The notes beneath the pieces were generated by a model that made no database searches, was not told the origin of the DNA, and was given only the letters and a program-made list of their open reading frames with translations. DNA of 64,000 nucleotides from Coprothermobacterota bacterium (lineage in GTDB: Bacteria > Coprothermobacterota > HKB111). Location of the stretch: positions 1,353 through 65,352 of the forward strand of contig JBBIIY010000002.1 of assembly GCA_037446255.1 (NCBI GenBank), written 5' to 3'. Position numbers and translations under genes: made by a program. Below are positions 7,904 through 18,037 of this stretch, piece after piece. Positions within the stretch are counted from its first letter, which is position 1; every line of letters begins with the position of its first letter.

Positions 7904-9472
7904 ATGAAAAAATTTGTTAGTGTGCTTTTAGTATTATCGTTACTGGCGTGGTGTCTTCCAGCATCAATTGCTCAAACAACTGCAACTGATGGTTCTTTGT
8001 TAGTGTTACAGGTTGGTTCAAAATCATACCTGAAAAATGGAGCTCACTTAACTATGGATGTGGAACCTGAAATAGTTAAAGGCAGAACATTTGTTCCTAT
8101 CAGATTCGTAAGCGAAGCGTTGGGGGCTGGGGTTAATTGGAATGAAACCACTAAAACAGTGACCATTACTTCGGGATTAACAGTTATTGTTTTAAAAATC
8201 GGCAGCGTAGAAGCTACTGTCAGAGATAAGAAACTTGTTTTAGAAGCAGCTCCTTATATCAAAGCTGGTAGGACAATGACTCCTATTAGATTGGTCAGTG
8301 AAGGCTTGGGAATGTTTGTTCATTGGGGAAGCCAGGCCAGACAAGTATTTATCAGAGAGAAACCAAGTGTTAGTGTTCCAGGAGTCAGTGCAGATGAAAT
8401 TAAAATAGGAAGTTTTATTGCTCTGACAGGATTTTTAGCCTTTGTGGGTGTACCTTTTTATCAGGGAATGCAGTCATATTTCAACATGGTTAATGATGCA
8501 GGCGGAGTGTATGGTAAAAAGATTAAATTAATAGTTGAAGATGACCGGTTTGATCCAGCCAGAACAGTAACAGGAGTTAAGAAGTTAGTAGAAGAGGATA
8601 AAGTATTAGCTATAGTAGGTGGTCTTGGTACCCCAGGATGTCTGGCAGTAATGGATTACCTGAACAAAGGGAAAGTTCCCTTCGTTTATCAGGGTTCTGG
8701 TGTTTCTATTTTATCTGTTCCACCCCAAAGATACGTCTTTTCAGTACAACCCAACTATTTCAACGAAGGGCAAATCTTTGTCCAGCACATTGTGAATAAT
8801 ATGAAACTTAAAAGAATTGCAGTAATGTATCAGGATGATGATGCTGGAAGAGAAGGCTTATTTGGTGTTAGAACTGGCATTAAGAGGTTTGGTGGAAGTA
8901 TATCTTTGGAAATACCTTTCCCTGGAACTGAAACAGACTTTACTCCTTATTTATTAAGAGTAAAAGCAAGTGGTGCAGATGCTTTAATAGTATATTCTTT
9001 AAGCGTGGGTGTTGGTGCTACGGTAGTAAAAGCTACTAAATCTCTGGGAATTACCCAAAGTGTATTTTTACCTTACCCCCATTCGGGGATTATTGGAGCA
9101 GCTGGAGATGCTGCTGAGAATGTATATGTTACAGGTTGGGTAGATTTTTCTGACCCCCAAGAACCAGGAGTAAAAAAATTCTGGGATATCTGGCTCAAAT
9201 ACTTCCCCAAAGGAGACCCTCTATCTTTTTCATATGCAGTCGCTGGTTATGCTGCTGGAGAAGTATTTGTGGAAGCACTGATGAGATTAGGACCGAATCC
9301 TTCCAGAGAAGCACTGGTATGGGCTTTAGAATCTTATAGGAATTGGAATGGTGACTTAGTAAAAGATTTAAGTTATGGTACTAAAGAAAGATCTGGTAAG
9401 TATTCAATGTTCTTTATGCAAGTTATCAATAAAGAACTGAAGAAAGTTAGCGGTTGGGTGTCTGTTTTATAA
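7904..9472 (+). CDS. ABC substrate-binding protein (LivJ-type) fused to an N-terminal copper-amine-oxidase-like (stalk) domain
   Basis: ATG 7904 follows AAGGAGG. Signal peptide, then GRTFVPIRFVSEALG and GRTMTPIRLVSEGLG repeats, then PGVSADEIKIG...GGVYGKKIKLIVEDD. Confidence 0.88.
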   Translation: MKKFVSVLLVLSLLAWCLPASIAQTTATDGSLLVLQVGSKSYLKNGAHLTMDVEPEIVKGRTFVPIRFVSEALGAGVNWNETTKTVTITSGLTVIVLKIGSVEATVRDKKLVLEAAPYIKAGRTMTPIRLVSEGLGMFVHWGSQARQVFIREKPSVSVPGVSADEIKIGSFIALTGFLAFVGVPFYQGMQSYFNMVNDAGGVYGKKIKLIVEDDRFDPARTVTGVKKLVEEDKVLAIVGGLGTPGCLAVMDYLNKGKVPFVYQGSGVSILSVPPQRYVFSVQPNYFNEGQIFVQHIVNNMKLKRIAVMYQDDDAGREGLFGVRTGIKRFGGSISLEIPFPGTETDFTPYLLRVKASGADALIVYSLSVGVGATVVKATKSLGITQSVFLPYPHSGIIGAAGDAAENVYVTGWVDFSDPQEPGVKKFWDIWLKYFPKGDPLSFSYAVAGYAAGEVFVEALMRLGPNPSREALVWALESYRNWNGDLVKDLSYGTKERSGKYSMFFMQVINKELKKVSGWVSVL

Positions 9473-9495
9473 AGCATAGAACTTAAACGAAATAC

Positions 9496-9524
9496 TGGCA
9501 GGGGGAATTTTCTTCCCCCTGCCA
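9496..9524 (+). other. Strong intergenic hairpin (likely mRNA stabiliser) after the SBP gene
   Basis: TGGCAGGGGGAA-TTTTC-TTCCCCCTGCCA is a perfect 12-bp stem with no U-tract on the sense strand. Confidence 0.7.
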
Positions 9525-9543
9525 AAAACTATTTATAAAAGGT

Positions 9544-10293
9544 GTGAAGGTGATATTAAAGGTAAAAGATTTAACAGTAAAGTTCGGCGGACTCATAGCA
9601 GTAAATAAACTATCCTTTGATGTTAATCCCTATACGATCCATGGACTGATAGGTCCTAATGGAGCAGGTAAAACAACTGTATTTAACAGTATTTTTAAGT
9701 TAGTACCCTACCATGGAAATTTAATATATAAAAATATAGATATTGGAAGATACCCTACCTACTCTTTAGTTAATTTGGGTATATCCAGAACATTTCAAAA
9801 TTTAAGCATTTTTTATTCTATGACAGTAAAAGAAAATATTCTCGTGGGTCTTCATAGTAAAAAAAGTAGTAATCTTTTTAAAGACTCGTTGGGTTTTACC
9901 ATAAACTCAGAAAAAGAATTATTGGAAGTGTCTGAATTATTGAATATACTTCCCTTTTTGAATATATATGCAATGTTTCTTCCTTATGGAGTGCTCAAAA
10001 TGGTAGAACTTGCACGAGCCTTGATAAGTAAACCTCAGTTACTTCTTCTTGATGAACCTGGAGCAGGATTAAATCCCTCAGAAAAAGAAAGATTAAAAGA
10101 GATAATCAAACGAATTAAAGAAATGGGAACATCTGTTCTAATGGTGGAACACGATATGGGAATTATTATGGATATTTCTGATGAAATAACTGTTATGAAT
10201 TTTGGTGAAAAAATCTCTACTGGCACTCCAGAAATGGTAAGTCATGACCAGAAAGTTATAGAGGCTTACTTAGGGGAGGAAATCCATGCTTAA
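9544..10293 (+). CDS. Branched-chain amino acid-type ABC transporter ATPase (LivG-like)
   Basis: GPNGAGKTT, RTFQN, LPYG, LLLDEP, VIEAYLG. Confidence 0.92.
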   Translation: MKVILKVKDLTVKFGGLIAVNKLSFDVNPYTIHGLIGPNGAGKTTVFNSIFKLVPYHGNLIYKNIDIGRYPTYSLVNLGISRTFQNLSIFYSMTVKENILVGLHSKKSSNLFKDSLGFTINSEKELLEVSELLNILPFLNIYAMFLPYGVLKMVELARALISKPQLLLLDEPGAGLNPSEKERLKEIIKRIKEMGTSVLMVEHDMGIIMDISDEITVMNFGEKISTGTPEMVSHDQKVIEAYLGEEIHA

Positions 10294-10987
10294 AATAGAA
10301 GGGCTGGTATCAGGTTACGGACACTTAGAAATCCTCCACAGTATTAATTTATCTGTGGAAAAAGGAGAAATTGTGTCAGTCCTGGGTTCAAACGGTGCAG
10401 GAAAGTCAACCCTCCTGAGGACTATCTCAGGTATTTTAAAACCCTGGAAAGGAACAATTACCTTTGAAGGAAGATTATTAAACAATCTTGACCCCATACA
10501 AATCGTAAAACATGGCGTAGTGCATGTGCCAGAAGGTAGACATATCTTTCCGGGTTTAACGGTAAAAGAAAATTTATTGCTTGCTGGATATAAACTTAGG
10601 AATATTGAATTATCTGAAAGATATAATTTCGTGTACACCATGTTTCCAGTGTTGAAAGAAAGGGAAAAACAGTTAGGTGGTACTTTAAGCGGAGGAGAAC
10701 AGCAAATGTTAGCATTAGCCAGAGGAATAATGCCCAAGCCAAGTCTTTTATTGCTGGATGAACCTTCATTAGGACTGGCTCCTAAACTGGTTACTTTAAT
10801 ATTTAAAGCTCTGAAGAGATTTAGAGACGAGGGGTTGACAATTTTACTAGTTGAGCAAAACGCTAAAAGAGCTTTGGAAATTTCCAATCGTGCCTATATT
10901 CTGGCTACTGGATATCTTGCCTTAGAAGGCAATTCCAGTGATTTAATTGCAGACCAGAATGTAAAACGACTATACCTGGGGAGGTAA
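10286..10987 (+). CDS. ABC transporter ATPase (LivF-like)
   Basis: GSNGAGKST, VPEGR, LSGGEQQM, LDEPSLGLAP. Confidence 0.92.
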   Translation: MLKIEGLVSGYGHLEILHSINLSVEKGEIVSVLGSNGAGKSTLLRTISGILKPWKGTITFEGRLLNNLDPIQIVKHGVVHVPEGRHIFPGLTVKENLLLAGYKLRNIELSERYNFVYTMFPVLKEREKQLGGTLSGGEQQMLALARGIMPKPSLLLLDEPSLGLAPKLVTLIFKALKRFRDEGLTILLVEQNAKRALEISNRAYILATGYLALEGNSSDLIADQNVKRLYLGR

Positions 10988-10992
10988 AGAAT

Positions 10993-11862
10993 ATGTTTGA
11001 AATTTATCTCAACTTAATAGCCCGAGGTTTATCAACTGGAGCTATATATGGTCTGACAGCCATGGGTATCGTCCTGATATTCCAGACTAATAATATCTTA
11101 AACTGGTCACAGGGAAATGCAGGTATGCTAATAACTTACCTTGCCTTCTTTCTTCTCACTTTACAACTTCCCTACCCTTTAGTAATTCTTCTGGCAGTTA
11201 TTGCTGGAGCTACCCTGGGAGGGACGATAGAAAAGTACCTCATAAGACCTGTAAGAGAAAAATCGCGCATTGGGTTACTCATGATAACTTTAGGTTTGGC
11301 AATGGTTTTTGAAGGATTAGCTGCGTTTATATTTAGACCCTTCCCCCGTAATTTCGACCCTCTTCTCAAAGGTTCGGTAACCTTTGGACCAATAACGCTC
11401 GGACAGCAGGATTTTTTGGTCATAGCACTTTCTACTTTTATTTTTACAACTCTTTTCTTAATTTTGTACCGAACTAAAATAGGTATAGGTGCCAGGGGTA
11501 TTGCAGAAGATTGGTATGGAGCTAGGATTCTGGGAGTGCCTGTTTTTGCCATATACCTTTTTATCTGGTCCATAAGCTTTGCTCTCTCCGGGTTAGTAGG
11601 CATCTTAGTTGTACCCAGGTTTGCCCTTGAGCCTCATTTTATGTTGCCTATCCAGGTAAAAGCTTTTTCTGCTGCTGTGCTTGGAGGTATGAATTCTGTA
11701 TTAGGTGCTATCATTGGTGGGCTGCTTTTAGGTGTTATGGAAAATATTATTGCTTTTCATTTCCCTTTTTTAAAAGAAAGTTTTTCACTTATTTTAGTAG
11801 TAATAGTACTACTTTTTCTTCCAACTGGTCTTTTGGGTAGAAAAACCCAGAGGAGGTTTTAA
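10993..11862 (+). CDS. ABC transporter permease (LivH-like)
   Basis: GAIYGLTAMG, KAFSAAVLGG, PTGLLG; hydrophobic throughout. Confidence 0.9.
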   Translation: MFEIYLNLIARGLSTGAIYGLTAMGIVLIFQTNNILNWSQGNAGMLITYLAFFLLTLQLPYPLVILLAVIAGATLGGTIEKYLIRPVREKSRIGLLMITLGLAMVFEGLAAFIFRPFPRNFDPLLKGSVTFGPITLGQQDFLVIALSTFIFTTLFLILYRTKIGIGARGIAEDWYGARILGVPVFAIYLFIWSISFALSGLVGILVVPRFALEPHFMLPIQVKAFSAAVLGGMNSVLGAIIGGLLLGVMENIIAFHFPFLKESFSLILVVIVLLFLPTGLLGRKTQRRF

Positions 11863-12803
11863 TGAAAAAGTCAATAATAATTTCTATTTTTATACTGCTT
11901 TTATCTTTGGCTATGCCATTTATTTTTGCTGAAAAACCTTCTCAGATAGCCTATTTAAATATAATAATGATTTATGCAATATCTGCTCAAGGGTTAAACC
12001 TCCTGCTGGGTTATGCAGGCCAGGTATCACTTGGTCATGCTGCTTTTATGGCTATTGGCGGTTATACTTCGGCAATTCTGGTTATGCAATTTGGGTTTAA
12101 TAATATATTTTCAATCATCTGTGCAATTCTATTAACCGGTTTTTGCGGTCTTTTTGTAGGGTTCCCTTCCTTAAGATTGTCTGGGTTCTATTTAGCAATT
12201 GCTACTATGGCATTAGGTACTGCAACCGCTGATATTATTAAACGATTGGTTATTACGGGAGGAGATCAAGGCTTAAGGAATATTCCACCAATAAATATTT
12301 TTGGTTACGAATTTCAATCAGAAATACAAAAATACTATTTATTTTTGTTTATCTTAATAATAGTGTTCATACTGGTAAAAAATCTTGTTAACAGCAGAAG
12401 CGGTAGAGCACTAAGAGCTATTCGTGATGCCGAGCTTACAGCTGAGACTATGGGGATAAACATCGCCTACTATAAAGTTGTAGCCTTTGTTGCATCATCT
12501 ATGATTGCTGGGTTAAGCGGAGTTTTATATGCACATTCTATATCTTATCTACATCCGGTTAATTTCGGTCTTAGTTTTTCTATTGAACTATTAGCTATTA
12601 CTATTGTTGGAGGATTAGCTACAATTTGGGGACCTCTCCTGGGTGCCTTATTCTGGGTATTATTACCAAGATTAATCGGAGTAAGGATGGAGTTTTTAGC
12701 TACTACTTTATTCGGGATAATGGTAATTTTATCAATCAGATTTTTCCCCAGAGGGCTAAGCGAGATAATTTTCAAGTTGGAAAAAAAGCTGAAACTATCT
12801 TAA
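11862..12803 (+). CDS. ABC transporter permease (LivM-like)
   Basis: GLNLLLGYAGQVSLGHAAF, RLSGFYLAIAT, GRALRAIRD. Confidence 0.9.
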   Translation: MKKSIIISIFILLLSLAMPFIFAEKPSQIAYLNIIMIYAISAQGLNLLLGYAGQVSLGHAAFMAIGGYTSAILVMQFGFNNIFSIICAILLTGFCGLFVGFPSLRLSGFYLAIATMALGTATADIIKRLVITGGDQGLRNIPPINIFGYEFQSEIQKYYLFLFILIIVFILVKNLVNSRSGRALRAIRDAELTAETMGINIAYYKVVAFVASSMIAGLSGVLYAHSISYLHPVNFGLSFSIELLAITIVGGLATIWGPLLGALFWVLLPRLIGVRMEFLATTLFGIMVILSIRFFPRGLSEIIFKLEKKLKLS

Positions 12804-12822
12804 AAATTAACTGAAAGAAATG

Positions 12823-13839
12823 TCAGCAGATTCGGGGTAAAAGCTCTCCAGCTGGTATATTAATGACTCTTTTCGCTCCATAAATAGTTTTCATCATAAC
12901 TAAACCTGGATGGTGGTCAGTAACCCTGCCAATGATACTGGCATCTACACCTAACTCATTTTTCTTCATTTCAGTTAATATTTTTTCAGCGTTCTCTTCT
13001 GAAACAAAAGTTATGAATTTTCCCTCATTCGCCAGATAAAGCGGTTCAAGGCCCAACATTTCACAGGCATTAATAACTGCACTTTTTATGGGAATTGAAT
13101 CTTCAAATATTTCAATACCTACGTTTGAGGCTAAGGCAACTTCATTAAGGGAAGTCCCTAAACCTCCTCTGGTAGGATCTTTTAAAACATGGATATCAGA
13201 AGATATTTTGAATATTGATTCAATAATCATATTTAACGGAGCGCAGTCACTTTGTATTAATGAAGAAAACTTCATCCCATCTCTCTGGCTGAGGATAGCT
13301 ATCCCGTGGTCCCCTATCGTTCCGTTTATTAGTATCAAGTCCCCTATTTTAGCGTTGGTGGTAGACACAAATCTACCTTCGGGAATAATTCCAATACCCG
13401 AGCTGTTGATAAATATTTTATCAGCAGCTCCCTTTTCAACTACCTTAGTATCACCGGTAATAATTTTTACACTGGCTTTTTGGGAATATTGAAACATTGA
13501 CTTAACAATATTTTCCAAATCATTTATTAAAAACCCCTCTTCAATGATAAAACCTACACTTAGATAAAGCGGTAGGGCTCCTCTCATAGATAGATCATTA
13601 ATTGTTCCGCAAACAGCCAATTTGCCTATATCGCCACCTGGAAAAAAAATAGGTTTAACCACATAACTATCAGTGGAAAAGCATAATTTACCAGCTGGTA
13701 AATCGGGAATAGTGCTGGCATCTTCATTATTTAGTAGCTGGGGTTCAGTAAAATATTTCAGGAAAATATCTTTTATAAGACTATGACTGAGTCTTCCCCC
13801 ACTTCCATGAGCTAATAGAATCCTATCTTGATTATTCAT
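12823..13839 (-). CDS. hypE: Hydrogenase maturation protein HypE
   Basis: LAHGSGG, DSYVVKP, DPTRGG, C-terminal PRIC. Start corrected to ATG 13839. Confidence 0.96.
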   Translation of the reverse strand: MNNQDRILLAHGSGGRLSHSLIKDIFLKYFTEPQLLNNEDASTIPDLPAGKLCFSTDSYVVKPIFFPGGDIGKLAVCGTINDLSMRGALPLYLSVGFIIEEGFLINDLENIVKSMFQYSQKASVKIITGDTKVVEKGAADKIFINSSGIGIIPEGRFVSTTNAKIGDLILINGTIGDHGIAILSQRDGMKFSSLIQSDCAPLNMIIESIFKISSDIHVLKDPTRGGLGTSLNEVALASNVGIEIFEDSIPIKSAVINACEMLGLEPLYLANEGKFITFVSEENAEKILTEMKKNELGVDASIIGRVTDHHPGLVMMKTIYGAKRVINIPAGELLPRIC

Positions 13840-14926
13840 AAGAGTAAAGATAATAAGCAGAGCATGCGCCTTCAGAAGAAACCATACATGCACCCAAAGG
13901 ATTATCTGGGGTGCATATATTTTTGAAGTAGCGACATTCTGGCGGTTCAATTAAACCCCGAATAACTTCGTGACACTGACAACCATCAGAGTTGAATACT
14001 TCAGACTCTGGAATTATGATATCAAATTGGTGCCTTACATCAAATTCCTTGTATGAACTCTTAATACTTAAACCACTATTTGGAATTGAACCTAAACCAC
14101 GCCAGTTAGCTACATCTTCGTAAAAAATTTCATGCATGGTGCTAATTGCCCGAGTATTGCCTTCGGGTTTTACACTTCTGGAATAAGTATTGATAACCTG
14201 GGGTTTATTATCAATACATTGTCTAATCAGGCTTTCTAAACCCTTCAAAATGTCAATCGCTTCAAAACCTGATATAGCAAAAGGCATATTATACAAAGAG
14301 GGCAGAAATTCCCAGGCTAAAGAACCAATGATAGTGCTAACATGTCCGGGTCCAAGTATTCCATCAAGACTGATTTCACCAAGGTTTAGAATAGCTTTAG
14401 TTGCTGGTGGAGTTAACTTGTGCATGGAAAAAACATAATAATTAGAGATATTCTCATTAATTGCTTTTAAAATAGACGCAGCGACCAATGGTGCAGTAGT
14501 TTCAAAACCAATACCAAGAAAAATCACTTTTTTCATTTTATTCTGTTGAGCAATAAGTATAGCATCTAGAGGTGAATATACTATTCTAATATCAGCTCCC
14601 TGTGCTCTTGCTTTTTGGAGGCTTATACCATCTTTTCCGGGGACCTTCAAAAAATCTCCAAATGTAGTAACAATTACTCCTGGTAAATATGAAAGTGATA
14701 TGGAGTAATCAATCTCTCTCTGGTCGGTAACACATACCGGACATCCAGGTCCTGAAAGCATTTTAATGTTTTTAGGAAGCAATTTTCTTATACCGTGTTT
14801 AAAAATTGCTTGAGTGTGCGTACCGCAGAATTCCATAAAAGTTAAGGGTTGGACCGATAAATCAAACATATTTTTAATTATAGACTTGAATAGTGAAGGG
14901 TCTTTGTATTTAGCTATTAAATTCAT
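13832..14926 (-). CDS. hypD: Hydrogenase maturation protein HypD
   Basis: MEFCGTH, GPGCPVC, GFETT, PGHVS, CMVSSEGAC. Confidence 0.97.
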   Translation of the reverse strand: MNLIAKYKDPSLFKSIIKNMFDLSVQPLTFMEFCGTHTQAIFKHGIRKLLPKNIKMLSGPGCPVCVTDQREIDYSISLSYLPGVIVTTFGDFLKVPGKDGISLQKARAQGADIRIVYSPLDAILIAQQNKMKKVIFLGIGFETTAPLVAASILKAINENISNYYVFSMHKLTPPATKAILNLGEISLDGILGPGHVSTIIGSLAWEFLPSLYNMPFAISGFEAIDILKGLESLIRQCIDNKPQVINTYSRSVKPEGNTRAISTMHEIFYEDVANWRGLGSIPNSGLSIKSSYKEFDVRHQFDIIIPESEVFNSDGCQCHEVIRGLIEPPECRYFKNICTPDNPLGACMVSSEGACSAYYLYSYE

Positions 14927-14932
14927 TATTTT

Positions 14933-15142
14933 TTACTCCAGTTTGTCAAGCAAAGAAATTGTTTCCAGGGCTTCTTCTTCAGTCATCAAACTGATGGCAT
15001 AACCCGCATGGACAATTACATAATCTTCTACCTTAGCCTCAGGGGTAAAAAGAAGACTGATTGTTCTGTATAGATCACCAAAGTCTACCATGGCTTCTTC
15101 TCCTGAAATGGAGACTATTTTAGCAGGAACTGCTACGCACAT
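14933..15142 (-). CDS. hypC: Hydrogenase chaperone HypC
   Basis: MCVAVPAK, VIVHAGYA. Confidence 0.96.
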   Translation of the reverse strand: MCVAVPAKIVSISGEEAMVDFGDLYRTISLLFTPEAKVEDYVIVHAGYAISLMTEEEALETISLLDKLE

Positions 15143-17423
15143 AAGCTATCACCGCCTGTCCTAAAGAAATACCACCATCGTTAGTGGGAACATTTTTATG
15201 AATATATACTTCAAAACCCTGGTTTTGAAGTTGTAGAATTGTCTTTTTTAACAGGAGTTTGTTTTGAAAACAACCTCCACTAAGAGTAACCTTGTTTAAA
15301 CCATAATTCTTTCTTATCAATTCAGAAACATTTAAAGCTATTTTTGCCAGAGTATTATGAAAACGGTTACCTATCACCCCTTTATCTATGCCTTTATGAT
15401 TATCATCAAGGAGGTAACTCAGTAGCGAGTCTAACTTGATAACCAGGTGATTCCCTGTTTCTTTCAGGTTAAATGGATAATAGTCTGCGTTACTATTTGA
15501 TTTTCCTTCGGATAACATTTCCAGTTCAATTGCCGCCTGACCTTCGTAAGTAACCTTCTGGCAGATGTTTAATATGCTGGATACAGCATCAAACAGTCTT
15601 CCGCAAGAGGAAGTTAGAAAAGTATTATATTTATTATCAATCTGTTGAATTATCAAGTTAATTTCCTCATTATCAGTATATTTGAAAATTTCAAGGTTTT
15701 CAGGTAATTTTCCCAGTAAAGCGTACATATAAGAAATAGCAGTCCTGTATGGTTTTTTTACAGAAATATCTCCTCCCGGTAAAGGAAGGTACTCTAAGTG
15801 AGAAACTCTCTCAAACACATGGAAATCAGCTACCAAAAATTCACCACCCCATAAATTACCATCTAACCCATAACCAACTCCATCAAAAGATATGCCAATG
15901 ACTCTTTCATTCAAACCATTATCTACCATGCAGGAGGTTGTGTGAGCATAATGGTGTTGTATGGGGATAAGTCTGGATTTAGCAGAAAGACTTTGGCTGT
16001 ACAAAGTGGAGAAATAATCCGGATGTAAATCGTAAGCTACGGTGTCAGGCTCAAGCCTAAAAAGCTTTTTATAAATATCTATGTTTCTCTGGTAGTTAGT
16101 ATAAGTTTGATAATCCTCTAAATCACCATTATGCTGGCTTACAAAGGCATACCCATCTTTGATAAAAGTGAAACTGTTTTTTAGATCTGCACCGCAAGCT
16201 AACACTACAGAAGGTGATTTAAAATTAAGTTTTAAAGCGGTAGGTGAATATCCGCGAGCTTTTCTGATGGGGTAAGCTTTATTTTCAAACAGAGTTAAAA
16301 CGCTGTCATCATAACAGGCATGGATATCCCGATTGTGCATGAGAAAGTAATCAGCCATTATATTTAACCTTTCTAGCGCTTCCTCATTAGTAAAAGCAAT
16401 AGGTTCTTCAGATAAATTTCCACTGGTCATTACCAATGGGTTCTGGTATTCATTCAGAAGAAGGTGGTGTAATGGTGTATAGGGAAGCATAACTCCCAGA
16501 TAGTTGTTATTTGGAGCTATAGAAGAAGCGATAGTAGTGTTATTTTTCTTTTTTAGAAGAACTATAGGAGCCTGTGGTGAGGAAAGAAGTTTAATCTCTT
16601 CATCATTTATATAACAATATTTTTTTATATCTTCCAGATTTTTCATCATCAGGGCAAAGGGTTTATATGGTCTATTCTTTCTTTTCCTGAGAAGCTCTAC
16701 CACCTCATTATTTTGCGCATCACAGGTTAACTGAAATCCTCCAAGTCCTTTGATGGCTAAGATTTTTCCTTCTTTTAAATAATTAATGGTGTTTCTAAGT
16801 GGAACATCAGTTTTTATTTCTTCCCCATGTTTATCGGTAAGTATCAAGTTGGGGCCACAAATAGGGCAAGCATTTGGCTGAGCATGAAAACGACGGTGTA
16901 AGGGATTATGATATTCCTCATTACACTGTGGACACATGGTGAAAATAGACATGGTAGTTTTAGCCCGGTCGTATGGTATATCCTGGATAATAGTAAAACG
17001 GGGACCACAATTTGTACAGTTAATAAAGGGATACTGGTATCTTCTATCATCAGTGTCAAATAATTCGTCCAGGCAATCTTTACAGATAGCAATATCAGGT
17101 GAGATTAATTGATAACCATCATCATCCCTGCTTTTTCTTATTTCAAAAGTTGAATAATATTTAGTTTTCAGTTCTTGAATAGTTATTTCTTCAATTCTTG
17201 ATAATGGAGGAGCTTCGGAAGTTATGGTTTTTATAAATTCATCTAAAGCTTGTTTTACAGCCTCAGCTTCAATTTCTACCCCGTTAGAAGTGTTAATTAT
17301 GTATCCTTTAACCTGATATTTTTGGGCAAGCCTGTAGATGAAGGGACGAAAACCTACACCCTGCACGATTCCTTTTATCAGTATTCTTTTTAATTCAAAT
17401 TGTGGTAAAGCCAATTTACCCAT
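15120..17423 (-). CDS. hypF: Carbamoyltransferase HypF
   Basis: GIVQGVGFRP acylphosphatase motif, CTNCGPR zinc fingers, QHHYAH, PTNDGGISLGQ. Confidence 0.97.
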   Translation of the reverse strand: MGKLALPQFELKRILIKGIVQGVGFRPFIYRLAQKYQVKGYIINTSNGVEIEAEAVKQALDEFIKTITSEAPPLSRIEEITIQELKTKYYSTFEIRKSRDDDGYQLISPDIAICKDCLDELFDTDDRRYQYPFINCTNCGPRFTIIQDIPYDRAKTTMSIFTMCPQCNEEYHNPLHRRFHAQPNACPICGPNLILTDKHGEEIKTDVPLRNTINYLKEGKILAIKGLGGFQLTCDAQNNEVVELLRKRKNRPYKPFALMMKNLEDIKKYCYINDEEIKLLSSPQAPIVLLKKKNNTTIASSIAPNNNYLGVMLPYTPLHHLLLNEYQNPLVMTSGNLSEEPIAFTNEEALERLNIMADYFLMHNRDIHACYDDSVLTLFENKAYPIRKARGYSPTALKLNFKSPSVVLACGADLKNSFTFIKDGYAFVSQHNGDLEDYQTYTNYQRNIDIYKKLFRLEPDTVAYDLHPDYFSTLYSQSLSAKSRLIPIQHHYAHTTSCMVDNGLNERVIGISFDGVGYGLDGNLWGGEFLVADFHVFERVSHLEYLPLPGGDISVKKPYRTAISYMYALLGKLPENLEIFKYTDNEEINLIIQQIDNKYNTFLTSSCGRLFDAVSSILNICQKVTYEGQAAIELEMLSEGKSNSNADYYPFNLKETGNHLVIKLDSLLSYLLDDNHKGIDKGVIGNRFHNTLAKIALNVSELIRKNYGLNKVTLSGGCFQNKLLLKKTILQLQNQGFEVYIHKNVPTNDGGISLGQAVIAYVRSSSC

Positions 17424-18037
17424 TCCTGCAGTCCTTCACCTGTTTTGCAGGAGGTTCTAATAATAGGTGCTCTGATATTTACTGCTCTAATACCTTTTTC
17501 AAAATATTCATAGTTATAATCATTTGGATTAATCAGGTCAATTTTATTTAATAGAATAACATCCGCTACAGAAAATATTTTTGGATATTTATATGGTTTA
17601 TCATCGCCTTCAGGAACGCTAGAGATAATTATTTTATAGTTTTCTCCTAAATCATAAGGTGCTGGACATACCAGGTTACCAACATTTTCAATAAAAAGAA
17701 GCTTATAAGTATGGTCTTTAACTTCAGAGAGTATGTTTTTAATCATAGAAGCTGTAAGATGACAGCTTCCACCTGTGTTTATTTGCAGCGCATCAAATCC
17801 GTTTTCTTTTATTTTTTGAGTGTCAATAGAAGAAGCGATATCGCCTTCTATGACTAATACTTGATGTTTAATTAATTTAAGAGCACCCAGAATAAGACTG
17901 GTTTTTCCCGCTCCAGGAGAAGCCATAATATTAAAAGCTGTTATTCGCCATGCTGCTAAAAACTGCCTTACTTCCTGGGCATTTAAATTATTCTTAGATA
18001 AAATGTCTTTATTAAGTTTAATTTGCATCGGTTTCAT
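17390..18037 (-). CDS. hypB: Hydrogenase nickel incorporation GTPase HypB
   Basis: SPGAGKT, IEGD, CHL, ENVGNLVCP, EGDDKP, NKID. Confidence 0.96.
   Translation of the reverse strand: MKPMQIKLNKDILSKNNLNAQEVRQFLAAWRITAFNIMASPGAGKTSLILGALKLIKHQVLVIEGDIASSIDTQKIKENGFDALQINTGGSCHLTASMIKNILSEVKDHTYKLLFIENVGNLVCPAPYDLGENYKIIISSVPEGDDKPYKYPKIFSVADVILLNKIDLINPNDYNYEYFEKGIRAVNIRAPIIRTSCKTGEGLQEWVNWLYHNLN

Noticed and set aside
10315-11603. Antisense ORFs of 190 aa and 143 aa
   Set aside because: They are shadows of livF/livH-like genes with no motifs. The same applies to other short antisense ORFs such as 13088, 25309 and 43799.
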